A stretch of 64,000 bases of DNA, from positions 28,832,001 to 28,896,000 of the forward strand of contig CM059433.1 in the NCBI GenBank assembly GCA_030390025.1, read 5' to 3'. Each line of letters starts with the position of its first letter. Within the stretch, counting starts at the first letter, position 1. The position numbers and the translations under genes were made by a program. Under the pieces are notes generated by a model. The model saw nothing but the letters and a program-made list of their open reading frames with translations, had not been told where the DNA came from and made no database searches. This document shows positions 62,360 through 64,000 of this stretch, piece after piece. This stretch comes from Squalus acanthias (taxonomy: Eukaryota).

Positions 62360-62675
62360 AAGAAAGAACATAGTTATATAGCGTCTTTCATGACCTCAGG
62401 ATGTCCCAAAGCACTTTACAGCCAATTAAGTACTTTTGAAGTATAGTCACTGTTGTAATGTAGAAAACGCAGTAGCCAAGTTGCGCACAGCAAGCTTCCA
62501 CAAACAACAATGTGATAATGACCAGATAATCTGTTTTTAGTGATGTCGATTGAGGGATAAATATTATCCAGGACACTGGGGAGAACACCCCTGCTCTTCT
62601 TCGAGATAGTGCCGTGGGATCTTTTACGTCCACCTGAATGAGCAGACAGGGCCTTGGTTTAACGTCTCATCCCAA
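62360..62675 (-). mobile_element. 5'-truncated Deu-domain SINE
   Basis: Deu core and tail. Confidence 0.8.
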
Positions 62676-63554
62676 AGAGTAACACTACTTGCATAAAGGA
62701 ACCCTGGAGATTCATCATTAAACATCACGCATTGCCTAGTGGAATTGATCATGGCGTTGCTGAGGCTCAGTGTTATTAATCATGGGAAATATATCAGATG
62801 ATGTATTCCTATCATTAATGTGTCATTGCAGTATATCTGCCCAAATATAGATGGACGTATTCAACGTTCCCCCATCACTTCTGGTGGAAAGTGATAGCAG
62901 ACACCAGAGAGCAGGCCGGTAGCAATAATTCTGCACCACGCTCGCTGCCCCCAATTGCCCTGCTTCAGCCCAATATTTGGTGATAGCAGGGCAAAAATTA
63001 CAACCCCGGACCTCTGGAATACCTAACAAATCTACGACTGCATAAAAAATACTCTTATTTCTCCCAATTATCATTAGGTGCCTCGACTTTGAATTTTAAA
63101 CTGCCTCATCACAGCACACTTTCAAAGTCTTTATTAGTGTATAATGGCTATCCCTTGGAATACATCACCACAGGCTTTTGAATGAATTTCCTCCGTTAAA
63201 TAGTTTGGGAAGCTCATTAAACCTCATCTCTTTGAAATGAAGTTGTTTGCATTATTTTAATCGGTATCTATTGAATTGCATTAGACAGCCATCTGGTATC
63301 TCGTGTTTCCTGTTTTCAAATGCCAATATACACTTCTAGCTGTTGTTAGGAGGACATGATTTATGTCCTCCAGGGAGTCTTTACTAATAGGTTTCTTTTT
63401 TCTTTTTGGACACCAGTGAGTTACTTTTTAAATACATTTTAAATCTAAAACATTTTTGATTAGAGATAGCTGAGGGCTCACCATCTTTCAAGCTGGGATA
63501 GTAAAGGACAGCAGTGTACATGAGTATGTGAGTTGATAGGATTTGACCTTGGTT

Positions 63555-63875
63555 TAACAGCACAGATGGAGGCCATTCAGCCCATCGTGCCTGTGCCGGC
63601 TCTTTGAAAGATCTATCCAATTAGTCCCACTCCCCCAGTTCTTTCCCCATAGCCCTGCAAATTTTCTCCCCGTCAAGTATTTATCCAATTCCCTTTTGAA
63701 AGTTATTACTGAATTTGCTTCCACCTTTTCAGGCAGTGCATTCCAGATCACAACAACTCAAATTCTCCTCATCTCCCCTCTGGTTCTTTTGCCAATTATC
63801 TTAAATCTGTGTCTTCTGGTTACCGACCCGCCCAAGAGCGGAAACAGTTTCTCCCCATCTACTCTATCAAAACCA
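63555..63875 (-). mobile_element. CR1 3' fragment
   Basis: MIWNALPEKVEANSVITFKRELDKYL. Confidence 0.75.
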
Positions 63876-64000
63876 TAAATGGCATAAGTTTGGTAAGCTC
63901 TTGGTGAGTCAACTGCGTAGCAGGAGTGTTTTTTTTAGTTTCACTGCTGAGTCTTCAGAACGGTCAATGACAGTTATAACAAAGTAGTCATCATGGTTAC

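Overview
Eukaryotic, very repeat-dense DNA. The repeat complement (CR1/HER1-like and L2 LINEs, Deu-domain SacSINE1-like SINEs, a V-SINE/HE1-like SINE) points to a cartilaginous fish (inference). The only host coding sequence found is a 147-bp minus-strand exon (23415-23561) encoding the C-terminal KH/STAR segment of KHDRBS2 (SLM-1), so the rest is probably its two flanking large introns. The main features are: (1) a young, CpG-rich, near-intact Tx1-clade retrotransposon (~2565-9666) with an intact ORF2, an ORF1 split at a G8 tract, a highly structured 5' leader and an adjacent truncated sister copy; (2) two families of Penelope-type elements carrying minimal hammerhead-ribozyme motifs, one forming a perfect 193-bp palindrome; (3) a fossil two-gene PIF/Harbinger transposon plus GC-rich Harbinger MITEs; (4) a solo LTR; (5) a six-level nested insertion stack; (6) a twice-present chimeric CR1. 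All family assignments are from motif recognition by eye, and most repeat boundaries are approximate.
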